Assembly (NCBI GenBank): GCA_951406725.2
Contig: OX597820.1
Location: 128,402,001 to 128,466,000 of the forward strand
DNA length: 64,000 bases
DNA from: Octopus vulgaris
Lineage: Eukaryota
Direction of reading: 5' to 3'
A program made the translations under genes and the position numbers. This document shows, in pieces, positions 62,090-64,000 of the stretch. The notes beneath the pieces are model-generated. The model had not been told where the DNA came from. It did not search any database and worked only from the letters and a program-made list of their open reading frames with translations. Each line of letters starts with the position of its first letter. Within the stretch, counting starts at the first letter, position 1.

Positions 62090-63380
62090 ACCCAGCATGG
62101 TTTTCGACCAGGTAGGAGCTGCCTGACCCAGCTCTTACAACATTATGACTGGGTGTTGAGGCAGTTACTCAACAAATCAAATGTGGACGTAATCTACCTT
62201 GATTTTGCAAAAGCTTTTGACAAGGAGGATCATGGTATGATATGCCACAAACTGAGTGACCTCGGCATAGCTGGAAAACTTGGAGTGTGGTTACATGACT
62301 TCCTGAAAAATAGGAGTCAGGCAGTAGTGGTTAATGGAGCCACCTCTATGAACACACAAATAGTGAGCTGTGTTCTACAGGGCACTGTCTTGGGACCACT
62401 GCTTTTTATAGTGGCCCTCTCAGATATGCCCTCAAATGCCCGAATAGCCACTCTGGCCCGCTATGCAGACAATACGAAAGTCTCGCAGAAAATTCAGAAC
62501 CCCAGCGATGTTGCACACCTGCAATAGGAGTTGGACTCAATCTACAGATGGGCTGAGGATAATAATATGCAGTTTAATGCTGAAAATTTCCAGGCCCTGC
62601 GCTACCAGCATCCAAAACTGAATATTAAACTTACAGGATACACTGGTCCACAGGGAATTTCAATCCCAGAGCCTAAGTCTGTGAGTGACCTGGGTATCGA
62701 CATGAGTGATGATACCTCTTTCCAAGTGCACATTACCAGGATGGCGACAAAGTGCAGACGACTGGCTGGGTGGATCCTAAGAACATTCAGAACCAGAGAT
62801 AAGGAAACCATGATGGTCCTCTGGCGGACATTCATCCTCAGCCGCCTGGATTACTGCTAACAGCTGTGGTCACCCACCAGTGTAAAATTAACAGCGGACC
62901 TTGAAGCAATCCAGAGAAGATTCACAAAGAAGATTGTCTCTTTGCAACAGCTCAGCTACTGGGAAAGGTTGAAACAGCTAAGACTCTACTCCCTGGAGAG
63001 AAGACAGGAGAGGTATGCAGTAGTATATGTCTGGAAGATCCTGGAAGGAATTGTGCCAAATTTTGGCATTGAAAGCTACACCAATGCTAGAACGGGACGA
63101 CACTGCATAGTGCCAAAGATCCCAGCAATGCCATCACGCTTCAGGACCAGCTTCTGCAACAGCCTGGGTTTCAAGGGCCCACAGCTTTTTAATATTCTCC
63201 CAAAGAGTCTGAGGAACTTGCACAAAGTAGATGTAGCGGTTTTTAAATCAAAGCTGGACATCTTCCTGTCAAGAGTCCCAGATGAACCTACCTCACGGCA
63301 TGAGGTGCAAATGAGAGTAGCTATATCAAACTCCATTCTTCACCAAGTGCCACATATTAGACGAGGTTCTTCGCAATAAC
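62086..63380 (+). mobile_element. 5'-truncated CR1/Jockey-group LINE (RT) with in-frame stops
   Basis: [72 protein letters not shown]. Confidence 0.92.
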
Positions 63381-63458
63381 AGTGTAGCACAAAACAGCGG
63401 TGCATCAGCATGGCCGCAGCTCTGAGCTGAAACTAGAAAATAAAAAAATATATATATA

Positions 63459-63504
<46 letters not shown>

Positions 63505-63560
63505 ATATATTATATATATATAAATATGTATATATATATATATATATTATATATAATATA

Positions 63561-63678
<118 letters not shown>

Positions 63679-64000
63679 GTATATATATACGACGGGCTTC
63701 TTTCAGTTTCCATCTACCAAATGCGCTCACAAGGCTTTGGTTGGCCCAAGGCTATAGTAAAAGACACTAGTAAGTTTCTTCTTACCATACAGCTACTCCT
63801 GTGCTCTATGTATGACAAATTATTCCCTCATTGGGTACTAGACAACCCAATGTCATAGTAGAAAGCTTCTTCCACAAATTTCCCTGCAATGTAATTGAGC
63901 CCAAATTCACAGGGTAACAAAGTGGAATTCTTCACTAGACAGCCATACATACAACTGCATACTCAATTATTTAAAGTGGTATCTATTTTCTAGTAGATCA

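Overview
Repeat-dense, AT-rich eukaryotic (animal) DNA. The SINE/LINE types and (TA)n/(AAT)n/(CAT)n load point to an octopus-type cephalopod (inference). Two host genes can be built by hand. (1) A complete 40S ribosomal protein S10 gene (RPS10, minus strand, CDS 27066->17899, 156 aa, 5 coding exons). It has two tandem 5'TOP non-coding first exons, an intronic box C/D RNA matching SNORD94/U94 (U6 Cm62 guide), two H/ACA snoRNA candidates and a candidate in-frame 12-nt microexon. (2) The 5' part of a ZDHHC1/11-like DHHC palmitoyltransferase (plus strand, exons 47486-47680, 54441-54580, 58848-58949), whose first coding intron is a 6.76-kb U12-type intron. The rest is mostly transposon material: a young, near-full-length CR1-type LINE and its near-identical truncated neighbour, RTE and RLE-type LINE pieces, Penelope-like elements, Chapaev3, Tc1/mariner, Helitron-like elements, MITEs and SINEs. 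The most striking unannotated signal is a dispersed set of short fold-back (inverted-repeat) elements carrying minimal type-I hammerhead ribozyme cores, two of them inside RPS10 introns. Most ORF-track entries are microsatellite or antisense artefacts. All structures and targets were worked out by eye, and transposon boundaries are approximate.
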